The notes under the pieces: model-generated
Told to the model about the DNA's origin: nothing
The model's input: the letters and a program-made list of their open reading frames with translations, nothing else
Database searches by the model: none
NCBI GenBank assembly: GCA_009845855.1
Contig: VXYT01000040.1
Location: 24,367-88,366 of the forward strand
Direction of reading: 5' to 3'
DNA length: 64,000 nucleotides
Origin: Candidatus Palauibacter ramosifaciens
GTDB taxonomy: Bacteria; Gemmatimonadota; Gemmatimonadetes; Palauibacterales; Palauibacteraceae
Part shown: piece by piece, positions 17,862 through 27,478 of the stretch
Layout of the letters: each line of letters opens with the position of its first letter
How positions within the stretch are numbered: the first letter of the stretch is position 1
Made by a program: the position numbers and the translations under genes

Positions 17862-18008
17862 TCACGGCACGCCGAAGTCGAGCAGACGGGTGACCATATA
17901 GAGGAGGAGGATGAGTCCGGCCGTATAGACGATCACCGACACGTACAGGGCGCGCCAGCTGCGGAAGGGTCCGATCCGGCCTTCCGTCTCGTCCCGTCGC
18001 TCCGTCAC
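17862..18008 (-). CDS. possible 48-aa single-TM small protein (SSS-associated small subunit?)
   Basis: GTG start overlaps the upstream stop (GTGA); C-terminal TM LYVSVIVYTAGLILLLYMV; sits immediately upstream of the symporter. Confidence 0.3.
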   Translation of the reverse strand: MTERRDETEGRIGPFRSWRALYVSVIVYTAGLILLLYMVTRLLDFGVP

Positions 18009-20695
18009 GGAGCGGCGATCTCGCGCCAGCGGCTCCCATCGAGAGAGAGCAGGTTGGCCCATAGACGAAAGGCGCCCGGCACGCCGGCGCGCAACTGCCG
18101 GAAGAAGGAGAGCGACGTGTGAATGTAGAGTCCGCGACCCACCGGGGCGGCGAGCAGGCCGCCGCGACTCGGCGGTTCTCCCGTGTCGGCCATCTCCAGT
18201 GGGGCCTGGTATCTCTCGTCCCACGCGTCGGGGAAGTACAGTCCGCGCTCCTGAACCCAGCCTTCGAAATCTCCCGGGCCGAGGCGGTTGGGCTCCATGA
18301 GCACCGGCGCAGTCGGGTCGGCGAGTGTAACGGGCGCGTCCTCCTCGGTGACGCGGGGCGCGGGGCGGCCGATCGCGATCGGGTACGGTGCGTACGCCCC
18401 CTGGTTGAACTCGTAGCGGTTGTACTGGACGACGACCGTGCCGCCGCGCTCCGCCCACGCGAGCAGCTCCGCGTTGGCCGCGATCAAGTCCTCGCGCACC
18501 TCGTAGGCCCGGATCCCGAGTACGATCGTGTCGAACCGGTCGAGCCTCCCGGCTTCCCAGTCTCCCGGTTCGATGAGTTCGACGTCGAGCCCGAGCTGTC
18601 GGATGGCTTCGGGTCCGTCGTCGCCGGAACCCATCACGTATCCGATGCGCCGGTTCGCGACCCGAACGGGGAAGCGCACGATCCGCACCGCCGCGTCGCC
18701 GGTCAGGAGCCGAGGCTCGATGTGCGGATAGTCGATCATGGTCGCGTGCGTGGCGGGCACCGCGGTTCCGGCGATCCGGATCCGCGGCCGCGCGAAGAAC
18801 TCCCCCTCCGTCTCTCCCGCCGCCGGCTCGACCGTGAAGCTGACGGTCTCAACCGCTCCTTCTCCCGCGAGTTCGAACGCCGCCGTCTCGGGTGCCGCGC
18901 GCCATCCGGGCGGCAGGTCGAGCCCGATCTCTCCGACCGTGGAGTCCCGGGCGAAACTCGAGACCCGGAAGGCGATGACGCGTGAACCCGGGCGGCCGCC
19001 GGGCCAGATCAGCGTAGGCGCCGTCGCCGTGACGGATACGCGCGGCGCCACCTGCAGCGGCCGCCAGCTTTCTCCCGTAACGCCATCCACGGCCCGATGG
19101 CGGACCGGATCGGCGACCTCGATGTCGAACCGTTCGCCCGCCGCCGACACGATCGCGGCCACGCGGCCGAGAAGGGGCGGAGGCCGGAACGGCAGTGCGC
19201 GAAGGTCTAGCGCCGCGGGCCATTGGTACAGGTCGCCGTCCCGCGGATGTTCAAGGAACCACGGGGAGGCCGGCGGCGCTTCCGCGGGCGCCGTGACGGC
19301 ATGGCGCCACAGCCCGAGTTGGCCCGGCTCGATTCGGGCCCGGGCCGACGGGTCGAGCACGACATCCGGCTGGCGGAAGAAACGGGCGAAAGGACCCGCA
19401 TCGTCGGGCTCTGTCTCGACGTCCGGGCCAATACCCTCCACCGACCAGCCGGGCGGCACCTCGATGACCGGCGGGTCGAGCTCCACCGTGGCCCCGGCGC
19501 CGCTCGAGATGCGCGCCTCGACGAGCACGGTCTGTCCCGGGACCAGGACGTCGTCCCGCGCCCGCAGTTCGATTCGCACCCCGGCCACCGCGAGGATCGC
19601 CCGCATCAGCAGTCGCGCGCGGCGGTCGAGTTCGCGCTGCAGCTCGCTCTCACCCGCGGGGCGAGCGGCGGTGCGGAGCCGCTCCAGTCGGCGAAGCGCC
19701 TCGGCGAGGAAGGGCAGGGCGGGCTCCGGCCCCGTCGCATTGAGCGAGCCGCGGGCGCGCCCGATCGCCGCCCGGTACGAACGGAGATCCGCCCGCGCGG
19801 TCTCGCCGAGATCTCCGGCCAGGCTGGCCAGCGTCGTGTCGACCCCGGCCAGCAGCGGATCCGTCGGCGAGCCGCCGACCCGCGAGGAAACGAGCGAGAG
19901 CCGGGTGGCCCGGGGACCGAGCGGCAGGGCCGTGCCGAAATCCTGCGAGCGGTGCTGGCTGCGGCTGTCCATCGCGACCTGGTGGTGCGTGAGGCCGAGC
20001 AGGGGATCGAGGGCGCCCGTCTCGATGTCGATCGCGGTGGCGCCCAGCTCGAAGAGGGGCCGGCGGTACAGTTTCATCGGCGCCCACGGCGCCGCGCCCG
20101 CCGCGACCTGGTCCGGGAAGCGCGTCGCGTCTCCGGCGGCGTCGAAGGCCTCTCGCGTGAGCAGACCGGATACCTGGTGGTGCCCGTGCCCATCCCGCTC
20201 CGTTCCGCTCCACATCGAGATGAGCACATGGGGGCGGAAGCGCCGGATGGTCCAAACCAGATCGGAGAGAACGCGCTCGCGCGGCCACTTCGAGAAGGTC
20301 TCGTCCGCCGTCTTCGAGTAGCCGAAGTCGAACGCGCGGCCAAAGAACTGCTGCGCCCCGTCGACCGTACGTGCGGCGAGAAGTTCGCCCGAGCGGATGA
20401 TGCCGAGTCCCTCGCCCAGCTCGGTGCCGATGAGGTTCTGGCCTCCCTCGCCTCGGGTGAACGAGAAGTAGGCGGCCTCGACACCCCATCCGCGCGCGAG
20501 CGTGGTCAACAGGGCGGTATCCTCGTCGTCCGGGTGCGCCGCGACGACGAGGACCCTCTTCACCCCATCGATCTGCCGGAGGATGAGTCCCGCTTCGATC
20601 GCGCCCGGGAGGCGCGACCCCTGCGCGTGCGCGAATGCCGGGAGCAGGCAAGACGCCAGGACAGCGATTGCGACGGTCATGGATCGAGGTTGCAT
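18005..20695 (-). CDS. secreted PIG-L/LmbE-family deacetylase with ThuA-like C-terminal domain
   Basis: signal peptide; AHPDDE motif (VVAAHPDDEDTALLT); C-terminal class-I amidotransferase-like region. Confidence 0.7.
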   Translation of the reverse strand: MQPRSMTVAIAVLASCLLPAFAHAQGSRLPGAIEAGLILRQIDGVKRVLVVAAHPDDEDTALLTTLARGWGVEAAYFSFTRGEGGQNLIGTELGEGLGIIRSGELLAARTVDGAQQFFGRAFDFGYSKTADETFSKWPRERVLSDLVWTIRRFRPHVLISMWSGTERDGHGHHQVSGLLTREAFDAAGDATRFPDQVAAGAAPWAPMKLYRRPLFELGATAIDIETGALDPLLGLTHHQVAMDSRSQHRSQDFGTALPLGPRATRLSLVSSRVGGSPTDPLLAGVDTTLASLAGDLGETARADLRSYRAAIGRARGSLNATGPEPALPFLAEALRRLERLRTAARPAGESELQRELDRRARLLMRAILAVAGVRIELRARDDVLVPGQTVLVEARISSGAGATVELDPPVIEVPPGWSVEGIGPDVETEPDDAGPFARFFRQPDVVLDPSARARIEPGQLGLWRHAVTAPAEAPPASPWFLEHPRDGDLYQWPAALDLRALPFRPPPLLGRVAAIVSAAGERFDIEVADPVRHRAVDGVTGESWRPLQVAPRVSVTATAPTLIWPGGRPGSRVIAFRVSSFARDSTVGEIGLDLPPGWRAAPETAAFELAGEGAVETVSFTVEPAAGETEGEFFARPRIRIAGTAVPATHATMIDYPHIEPRLLTGDAAVRIVRFPVRVANRRIGYVMGSGDDGPEAIRQLGLDVELIEPGDWEAGRLDRFDTIVLGIRAYEVREDLIAANAELLAWAERGGTVVVQYNRYEFNQGAYAPYPIAIGRPAPRVTEEDAPVTLADPTAPVLMEPNRLGPGDFEGWVQERGLYFPDAWDERYQAPLEMADTGEPPSRGGLLAAPVGRGLYIHTSLSFFRQLRAGVPGAFRLWANLLSLDGSRWREIAAP

Positions 20696-20739
20696 GGGCG
20701 GGAAGCTATGCCCGCGCGGGGGCCGCAGAAAGCGGGGGT

Positions 20740-20850
20740 CCGTACATCTATCGTCGGTCCTACAGTTGACGCGCAGTGCGCCGCGGGAGATTATGGTTCA
20801 TTCCACGCCGGAAACACGCGCCGGGCACATCTATCGTCCGGCATACCGCT
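20740..20850 (+). promoter_or_regulatory. promoter region flanked by 12-bp perfect direct repeats ACATCTATCGTC (20744-20755, 20827-20838)
   Basis: TTGACG (20766-71) - 17 nt - GATTAT (20789-94); repeats extend to 18/22 identities; lower GC than the flanks. Confidence 0.45.
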
Positions 20851-20867
20851 CCGCAGGAGGAGGCATA

Positions 20868-21545
20868 ATGAACAAGAACGTGATGGAATTCATAGAACTT
20901 GAGTTGACAAAGGACCCCGGGGTCTCGAACGCGACGCTCTTCGAAGGGGCGAAGCTCATAGACAAGACCATCGGGAAGCTGAATCCGAGGCAGTTCCACG
21001 CGAAGTACCCGCTGCAGGTCAAGCGCCGTCTGGCGGGGCACAGCTCGGGGCGCGCCGTTCGGGCGCCGGTCAGGCCGAAAGCGGCGCAGCGACCGCGTGC
21101 CCGGAAGGGAGATGCGGATGCGGTGCTGGCGTACGTGAAGCGCGTGCTCAAGAGAAACCCCGAGGTCACGAACGCGGAGTTGTTTTCGGGCGCCTGTGAG
21201 ATCGACGCTTCGGTCGCCGAGCTGTCGCCCCGACAGTTCCATGCAAAGTACCCGCTGCAGATCAAGCGTCGTCTGGCCGCCGCGGAGGCTCCGCGACGCG
21301 CCGCTCCGGCTCCGCGCCGCGCCGCGCCGGTGGTGGCGGAGCCCGCGCCGGCCGCAGCACCGCCGTCCGCGCCCGCGGTCGCCGCGGCCCCGGCGATGGG
21401 AGGCGGCGACGCGGCCGCCGTCCGCGGGCTGCTTCTCAGTCTGGTGAGAGAGCTGGCCAAGGCCGAGACGCAGGCCGAGACGATCGAGGTCATGGCGCGA
21501 CTGGACGGCTATGTGAACGACGTCATGCAGGCGGCTCGAAGCTGA
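20868..21545 (+). CDS. hypothetical protein with tandemly duplicated ~42-aa domain, Ala/Pro-rich linker and helical C-terminus
   Basis: AGGAGGAGG RBS; repeats: ...NATLFEGAKLIDKTIGKLNPRQFHAKYPLQVKRRLA / ...NAELFSGACEIDASVAELSPRQFHAKYPLQIKRRLA. Confidence 0.6.
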   Translation: MNKNVMEFIELELTKDPGVSNATLFEGAKLIDKTIGKLNPRQFHAKYPLQVKRRLAGHSSGRAVRAPVRPKAAQRPRARKGDADAVLAYVKRVLKRNPEVTNAELFSGACEIDASVAELSPRQFHAKYPLQIKRRLAAAEAPRRAAPAPRRAAPVVAEPAPAAAPPSAPAVAAAPAMGGGDAAAVRGLLLSLVRELAKAETQAETIEVMARLDGYVNDVMQAARS

Positions 21546-21616
21546 GCCCCGGCGACCGGCCGGCGCCGCGCCGGCGGTCCCCTTCGCCGCAGTCCCCGGG
21601 AGCCCGGCGTTCGCGC

Positions 21617-22456
21617 GTCGGGCTCTCGTGCGTTCTCGCCGGCGCCGTCGCCGTGGCGGTGGCGATTCCGGCGCAGGGGCAACTGAAGCGCGACGCCCTC
21701 GTGCAGCCCGTGGGAGGCGCTCGGTCCGGCGAGGCTCTGCTCGGCGTCGGCGTCTCGCGTACGGAGAACGCAGACTTCCCGCTCGCCGGGCTGGGAGGGG
21801 ACTTGACCGCCTTTCCCGACCTGCACGCCGCCTGGGCGATCGGGCCGCGCGTCGTGTTCGAACTGAAGGGGGCGGCGCGGAAGAGGCTCTCCATCGAGAG
21901 GCGCGATTCGGTCTCTTCCATCGATCTCGACCCTTCCCTCGCCGATGGCGCCTCCCGCGACGTGGGCGACTTCGAACTCGCTGTGTCGTTCGCGCCCATC
22001 GGCGGAGCCACGGGCTTCTCGGCGGGCGGACATCTGGGCGTCAAGCTCCCGAACTCCGACGAAATTCGGGGGATCGGACTCAACACGACGGACATCACGA
22101 TCGCGGCCCTCTTCTCATGGGGCTCGGCTCGCTGGCGCGCCACGGGCTGGCTCGGGGTCGGCATCCTGGAAGTCCCGATCGAGCCTTTCGAGCAGAACGA
22201 CGCGTTCGCCTACGCGTTCGAGGCGCTGTGGGACGCGGCCCCCGGCTGGCGGCTCTCCGTCGGGGCCTGCGGGCGGTCGAGCACAAGAAGCGTGTCGCCG
22301 CCGGGCACGGGCGACCTCGGCGAACTCCGGGCCACCGTGGAGTGGAGACGGGGACCGGTGTCCGTCGATGGCGGGTTCGGCCACGGAACCACCGAAATGA
22401 GCGGCGACTGGAATGTGCGCGCAGGCGTGGCCTGGACGCTTGCCGGGAATCGGTAG
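21617..22456 (+). CDS. secreted hypothetical protein (possible beta-barrel); non-ATG start
   Basis: signal-like VGLSCVLAGAVAVAVAIPAQGQ; alternating amphipathic strands; Gly/aromatic-rich. Confidence 0.45.
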   Translation, partial: VGLSCVLAGAVAVAVAIPAQGQLKRDALVQPVGGARSGEALLGVGVSRTENADFPLAGLGGDLTAFPDLHAAWAIGPRVVFELKGAARKRLSIERRDSVSSIDLDPSLADGASRDVGDFELAVSFAPIGGATGFSAGGHLGVKLPNSDEIRGIGLNTTDITIAALFSWGSARWRATGWLGVGILEVPIEPFEQNDAFAYAFEALWDAAPGWRLSVGACGRSSTRSVSPPGTGDLGELRATVEWRRGPVSVDGGFGHGTTEMSGDWNVRAGVAWTLAGNR

Positions 22457-22528
22457 GCGGCACATCGTCCGTCCCCCGAACAGGCCCGGTCTCGGAGTCC
22501 GGGAGCCAACCCGCAAGGAGGAAACGTC

Positions 22529-22909
22529 ATGAGCGAAGCGAAGCCCCGGCACTTCCGCTGGGAGGAATTGCCATGGGAGCGCGTGACCGGGCAGTTGGGC
22601 CGGCGCATGGTTACGGGAGACCGGGCCATGATCGCGCAGGTCCTGCTCGAGGAGGGCGCGGTCGTTCCCACGCACTCGCACGAAAACGAGCAGTTCACAT
22701 ACATCCTCGAGGGCGCGCTGCACTTCTGGCTGGGCGAAGACGGGCGCGACGAGGTCGTCGTACGGGCGGGCGAGATCCTCCATATTCCCTCCCGCGTCCC
22801 GCACAAGGCTATCGCGCTCGAAAAGACGCTGGATCTCGACATCTTTTGCCCTCCCCGCACGGACTGGCTCGATGGGACGGACTCCTACTTTCACGACACG
22901 GAGGACTGA
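22529..22909 (+). CDS. cupin domain protein
   Basis: 126 aa; cupin motifs (HSHENEQFTYILEG...HIPSRVPH). Confidence 0.75.
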   Translation: MSEAKPRHFRWEELPWERVTGQLGRRMVTGDRAMIAQVLLEEGAVVPTHSHENEQFTYILEGALHFWLGEDGRDEVVVRAGEILHIPSRVPHKAIALEKTLDLDIFCPPRTDWLDGTDSYFHDTED

Positions 22910-23700
22910 TGGACCTCGGGATTGCGGGCCGCGTCGCCCTGGTCGCCGCCTCCTCCAAGGGTCTCGGCCGGGCCGTGGCGGACGAGCTGGCGGCGGAAGG
23001 GGCGCACCTGTTGATGTGCGCGCGCGGGGAGGCGGCGCTCGCGACGGCCGCGGCCTCCGCCGACGCACGCGGGCCCGGCGACGTCGTCGGAATCCCGACC
23101 GATCTGTCGGATCCCGCGGAGGTGTCCAGCCTCGTGAAGGCGGCGATGTCCCGCTTCGGGCGCGTCGACATCCTCGTGAACAACGCGGGCGGGCCACCGG
23201 CCGGAACGTTCGAGGACCACGACCGGGCGGCCTGGAAGGCGGCCGTACGGCTCAACCTGGAGAGCGCACTCGATCTCACCCGCGCCGTCCTGCCCGGTAT
23301 GAAGGAGCGCGGCTGGGGGCGGATCCTGAACATCACTTCAGTTGCCGCGAAGGAACCGGAAGCTGATCTGATCCTCTCCAACAGCGTGAGGGCCGCCGTG
23401 ACGGGCTTCGCGAAGTCGCTCTCGAACGAGGTCGCCGCGTACGGCGTTACCGTGAACAATGTGCTCCCGGGCTTCACGCGCACTGCGAGGCTCGAGCAAC
23501 TGGCCGCCGTGCGCGCCGAAGCCGGGGGGATCTCGATGGAGGAAGTGGAAGCGGGGTGGCACGCCGCAATCCCCGCCGGACGTCTCGGCGACCCGCGCGA
23601 GTTCGCCGCGGTCGTGGCGTTCCTCGCCTCCGAGCGCGCCAGCTACGTGACGGGCGTTTCGATCGCCGTCGACGGGGGCCGCACGCGGGCCCTCCATTGA
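22909..23700 (+). CDS. SDR family oxidoreductase
   Basis: ATG overlaps the cupin stop (TGATG); N-terminal GxxxGxG-like AASSKGLGRA; NNAG; catalytic S...K. Confidence 0.85.
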   Translation: MDLGIAGRVALVAASSKGLGRAVADELAAEGAHLLMCARGEAALATAAASADARGPGDVVGIPTDLSDPAEVSSLVKAAMSRFGRVDILVNNAGGPPAGTFEDHDRAAWKAAVRLNLESALDLTRAVLPGMKERGWGRILNITSVAAKEPEADLILSNSVRAAVTGFAKSLSNEVAAYGVTVNNVLPGFTRTARLEQLAAVRAEAGGISMEEVEAGWHAAIPAGRLGDPREFAAVVAFLASERASYVTGVSIAVDGGRTRALH

Positions 23701-23702
23701 CC

Positions 23703-25934
23703 CCCGGGGCCCGCCGGTCGTCGGAGCGCGGCGCCATCGCGGCGGCCGCTGCGGCGCTGGGCGCCGCCGGGGCGCTGGGCGGAGCGCTCTGGCTGTGGTC
23801 GGGTTCGGCACCCCCGGGAATGTCGCCGTCAGAGGAGGCCTCTCCCTGCGCGCCCGGCGCGGAACAGGAGAGCGCGGCGAGTCCCGACCTGTACTGCATG
23901 GCCCTGTTCCCGACGCCCCGCGTCCCGGATGCGACCGGTACGGTGGAGTTGCGGCGCCCCCCGGGGCCATTCCCCATGGGGGTGACGCCGGACGGGCGGC
24001 TCCTCTACGACGCGGTGATCTCGACGGACCTTCCGGCCCCGTCCACGCTCGGTCCGTACGACCGCTACGTCGCCTGGGCGTCGACCCAGGTGCTTTGGCC
24101 CATCGAGCGGCTCGGGGAAGTCCCGGCGCGCGGCCGCGTCGAGGCGGGGCAGGTCGCGTTCAACAAGTTCCTCATCCTGGTCACGGCGGAATCCGGGGCG
24201 GAATCCGGGGCGGAACCCGGAGCGGCCGAGGAAGCGGGCGCGGAGCCGGCGGGTCCCTATGTGTTGCGGGCCCAATCGCCTTCCAGCCGCATGCAGCCGG
24301 CCGACTTCCTCGAGTTCGCGCTCGGCGCCTCGCGGACCCCTCCCGGCGGGATGGCGATGGACGACGCGTGGGGCGGCGTGCCGATGCCCGAAGGGGTCAT
24401 GATGCTCCCGTCGCTCATGGAGCTTCGGCCGGATGTGCAACCCTGGTTGCCGGGAGACGGATGGGAGGGTGAGATCGTCGACGCCCGCCCACGCGAGGTG
24501 TTCGAACTCGCCGACGGCGATTCGCTCGCCCTGGACGCCGTCTACGTGCGCCGCCGCATCGGGAGCCGCGAAATCCTCGGCTACGGCTTCAACGGACAGA
24601 TCCCCGGGCCCCTCCTCTGGGTTCCCGAGGACGCGACGGTCACCATCGACTTTACGAACCGGATCGACTGGCCGACCGCGATCCACTGGCACGGACTGCG
24701 GCTCGACAACCGCTTCGACGGCGTCCCGGGCCTGACGCAGGATGTCGTGGCCCCCGGCGAGAGCTTCCGCTACACGGTGTATTTCCCCGACCCCGGCCTC
24801 TACTGGTATCACCCGCACCACCGCGAGGACGTCCAGCAGGACCTGGGGCTGGCCGGCAACCTCATGGTCCGGTCTGAAGATCCCGATTACTTCAGCTCCG
24901 TCCACCGCGAAGAGGTCGTGATGCTCGACGACCTGCTCGTGGGCGAACACGGGGTCGTCCCCTTCGGTCTCGAGCGCGCCACGCACGCGCTCATGGGTCG
25001 CTTCGGCAACACCATGCTCGTGAACGGGGAGCCCGGCTACGCGCTGGACGTGGAGCGCGGTTCGGTCGTCCGTTTCCATTTCACCAACGCCTCCAATACG
25101 CGGACGTTCAACGTCTCCTTCGGCGGAGCGCCCATGAAGCTTGTGGGCGCCGACGTGGGCAACTTCGAGCGGGAGGAATGGATCGAGAGCGTGATCATCG
25201 CGCCTGCGGAGCGCTACATCGTGCACGTCGCCTTCCCCGAGAGCGGGAGCTACCCCTTCCTGAACCGGGTGCAGGGGATCGACCACATCGGCGGCAGCTT
25301 CTTCCCGGAGCAGGACACGCTGGGCGTCGTTCGCGTCGGCGCGGCCGACGCGACGCCGGATCTGAGCGCGGCCTTCGAGGCGCTGCGGGAGAACCGGCGC
25401 GCGCGCGACGAGATCGCGCCGTATCGCCCCCTCTTCGACCGGCCGGTGGACCTCACGCTGGAACTCGACATGTCGACGCGCGGCCTCCCGCTCGTCGTCG
25501 AGCGTCTCATGCAGGTGGACTCGGCGTACTTTCACCCGGTCGAGTGGTCGGGAACGATGCCGATGATGAACCTGATCTCGACGCCTGAAAACGTGTCGTG
25601 GACGCTGCGCGAACCCTCCACGGGGCTCGAGAACGAGGCGATTCGCTGGAACTTCCGCGTGGGCGACGTGGTCAAGCTGAGGATCCGGAGCCGCCGCGAG
25701 ACGCTGCACCAGATGCAGCATCCGATCCACATCCACGGCCAGCGCTTCCTCGTCCTCGCCACGAACGGTGTGGCGCACGACAACCTCGCCTGGAAGGACA
25801 TGGTGGTCGTCCCCGTGGGCGGTTCGGTCGACCTCCTGCTCGAACTCTCGAACCCCGGCCGCTGGATGCTGCACTGCCACATCGCCGAGCACCTCGAGGC
25901 GGGCATGCAGATGGTGTTCACGGTGGAACCGTAA
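23703..25934 (+). CDS. multicopper oxidase (Tat-like leader; start codon unresolved between 23556 and 23820)
   Basis: copper-site motifs HWHG, WYHPHH, HPIHIHG, HCHIAEH; leader RRSSERGAIAAAAAALGAAGALGGALWLW has no in-frame ATG. Confidence 0.8.
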   Translation, partial: PGARRSSERGAIAAAAAALGAAGALGGALWLWSGSAPPGMSPSEEASPCAPGAEQESAASPDLYCMALFPTPRVPDATGTVELRRPPGPFPMGVTPDGRLLYDAVISTDLPAPSTLGPYDRYVAWASTQVLWPIERLGEVPARGRVEAGQVAFNKFLILVTAESGAESGAEPGAAEEAGAEPAGPYVLRAQSPSSRMQPADFLEFALGASRTPPGGMAMDDAWGGVPMPEGVMMLPSLMELRPDVQPWLPGDGWEGEIVDARPREVFELADGDSLALDAVYVRRRIGSREILGYGFNGQIPGPLLWVPEDATVTIDFTNRIDWPTAIHWHGLRLDNRFDGVPGLTQDVVAPGESFRYTVYFPDPGLYWYHPHHREDVQQDLGLAGNLMVRSEDPDYFSSVHREEVVMLDDLLVGEHGVVPFGLERATHALMGRFGNTMLVNGEPGYALDVERGSVVRFHFTNASNTRTFNVSFGGAPMKLVGADVGNFEREEWIESVIIAPAERYIVHVAFPESGSYPFLNRVQGIDHIGGSFFPEQDTLGVVRVGAADATPDLSAAFEALRENRRARDEIAPYRPLFDRPVDLTLELDMSTRGLPLVVERLMQVDSAYFHPVEWSGTMPMMNLISTPENVSWTLREPSTGLENEAIRWNFRVGDVVKLRIRSRRETLHQMQHPIHIHGQRFLVLATNGVAHDNLAWKDMVVVPVGGSVDLLLELSNPGRWMLHCHIAEHLEAGMQMVFTVEP
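24186..24221 (+). repeat. 3 tandem copies of a 12-nt unit (GCGGAATCCGGG) encoding AESG repeats in the MCO linker
   Basis: direct tandem repetition seen in sequence. Confidence 0.6.
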
Positions 25935-25980
25935 CGCGGTACGTTTGCGGGTCCTGCACGGCTCAACACAGGAGTTTCCC

Positions 25981-27417
25981 ATGAGAAAGTTCATCGCGGC
26001 CCCCGCCGCGCTCGGGGCCCTTCTCGCTCCGGCTCACCTGCCCGCCCAGTCGGCGGCCGAACTCGGCGACGCGACCTCCGAATTCGTCTCCATCGCCGGC
26101 CCGGCGGTCGCCCTCACCGGCGTCAAGGTCATCGACGGGACCGGGGCCGGCGCCCGGACGAACCAGACCGTTGTGATCGAGGGGAACCGGATCGCCGCGG
26201 TGGGTCCGGCGGGCGCGGTGGAGATCCCGCCGGGCGCCGAGGTCCGTGATCTCCCGGGACACACCGTGATTCCGGGCATGATCGGACTCCACAACCACAT
26301 GTTCTTCATGGGGGCCGGGGGCCGGATGGCCCAGGGCAACATCTCCTCCCCGCGACTCTATCTCGCGGCGGGGGTCACGACGATCCGCACGACGGGCAGC
26401 GTCTCGCCCTACGCGGACCTCAACGTCAAGTCGAACATCGAGCGCGGGCTGGCGCCGGGACCGCGCATGCACGTCACCGCGCCATACGTCACGGGGCCCA
26501 ACCCGGCCCTGGGGGACATGGCGCAGGTGAACTCGCCCGAAGAGGCGCGCCGCTTCGTCCGTTACTGGGCCGGGGAGGGCGCCTCCTGGATCAAGGCGTA
26601 CACGACGATCCGGCGCGCCGAACTCGCCGCCGTCATCGAGGAGGCGCACGCGCAGGGCCTCAGGGTCACGGGGCACATCTGTTCGATCACCTTCCAGGAA
26701 GCCGTGGATATGGGGATGGACAACATCGAGCATGGCTTCGGGACGGCGACGGACTTCGATCCGCGCAAGGAGCCCGACGAGTGTCCGCCCAACTCGATGG
26801 TCACCGTCGGCGAGGAAGGGGATCCGACGGGCGAGATCGCCCGGTCGCTGATCCTCTCGATGGTCGAGAACGATGTGGGGATGACCTCGACGATGGCCGT
26901 GATCGAACCCATGACGAAGGGGCGGGCCGTCCTCGACGAGCGGACGCTCGAGGCGATGGCGCCCGAGGTGCGGGAGGATTACCTGGAGACCGTGGACGCG
27001 ATCGAGGCGAACCCGGATTGGCCGATGACGGAGGCGCACCTCCAGAAGCACATGGCGTTCGAACGCGGCTTCGTCGAGGCCGGGGGCGTGCTCGCGGCGG
27101 GCGTGGACCCGACGGGGATCGGGGGCGCCATCGCGGGCTTCGGAGACCAGCGCAACTATGAACTTCTCATCGAAGCGGGTTTCGACGCTTCCACCGTCGT
27201 CCGGATAGTGAGCGCGAACGGCGCCCGCATCATGGGCGTGGACGATGAGCTTGGAACGATCGAGACCGGAAAGCTCGCGGATCTCGTCGTGCTTGAAGGC
27301 GATCTCGAGTCGGACTCCGCGATCATCCGGAACGTGACCGTCGTGTTCAAAGATGGCGTGGGCTACGACTCGGAGAAGCTTATCGACTCCGTGAAGGGGA
27401 TGGTGGGGATTCGGTGA
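25981..27417 (+). CDS. secreted amidohydrolase family metal-dependent hydrolase (paralog 1)
   Basis: AGGAG RBS; signal peptide; GLHNHMFFMG metal-binding motif. Confidence 0.8.
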   Translation: MRKFIAAPAALGALLAPAHLPAQSAAELGDATSEFVSIAGPAVALTGVKVIDGTGAGARTNQTVVIEGNRIAAVGPAGAVEIPPGAEVRDLPGHTVIPGMIGLHNHMFFMGAGGRMAQGNISSPRLYLAAGVTTIRTTGSVSPYADLNVKSNIERGLAPGPRMHVTAPYVTGPNPALGDMAQVNSPEEARRFVRYWAGEGASWIKAYTTIRRAELAAVIEEAHAQGLRVTGHICSITFQEAVDMGMDNIEHGFGTATDFDPRKEPDECPPNSMVTVGEEGDPTGEIARSLILSMVENDVGMTSTMAVIEPMTKGRAVLDERTLEAMAPEVREDYLETVDAIEANPDWPMTEAHLQKHMAFERGFVEAGGVLAAGVDPTGIGGAIAGFGDQRNYELLIEAGFDASTVVRIVSANGARIMGVDDELGTIETGKLADLVVLEGDLESDSAIIRNVTVVFKDGVGYDSEKLIDSVKGMVGIR

Positions 27418-27478
27418 CCGGGGGATCCGATGAAATGGGACCCGCCGGGAAGGGATCCGTCGAGGGAGGAATGAAGGA

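Noticed and set aside
17862-18458. Full 198-aa ORF and the 66-aa ORF 17839-18039
   Set aside because: They overlap the C-terminus of the 896-aa gene in another frame. Only the last 48 codons (after the GTGA junction) are plausible.
21628-23700. 690-aa + strand ORF spanning the outer-membrane protein/cupin/SDR region
   Set aside because: It runs in the wrong frame through three compact, recognisable genes. Only its last 264 codons (the SDR) are real.
24186-24221. Possible CRISPR-like short repeats
   Set aside because: They are in-frame coding tandem repeats (AESG) inside the MCO gene, with no spacer/repeat architecture. No CRISPR array or cas genes are present anywhere in the window.
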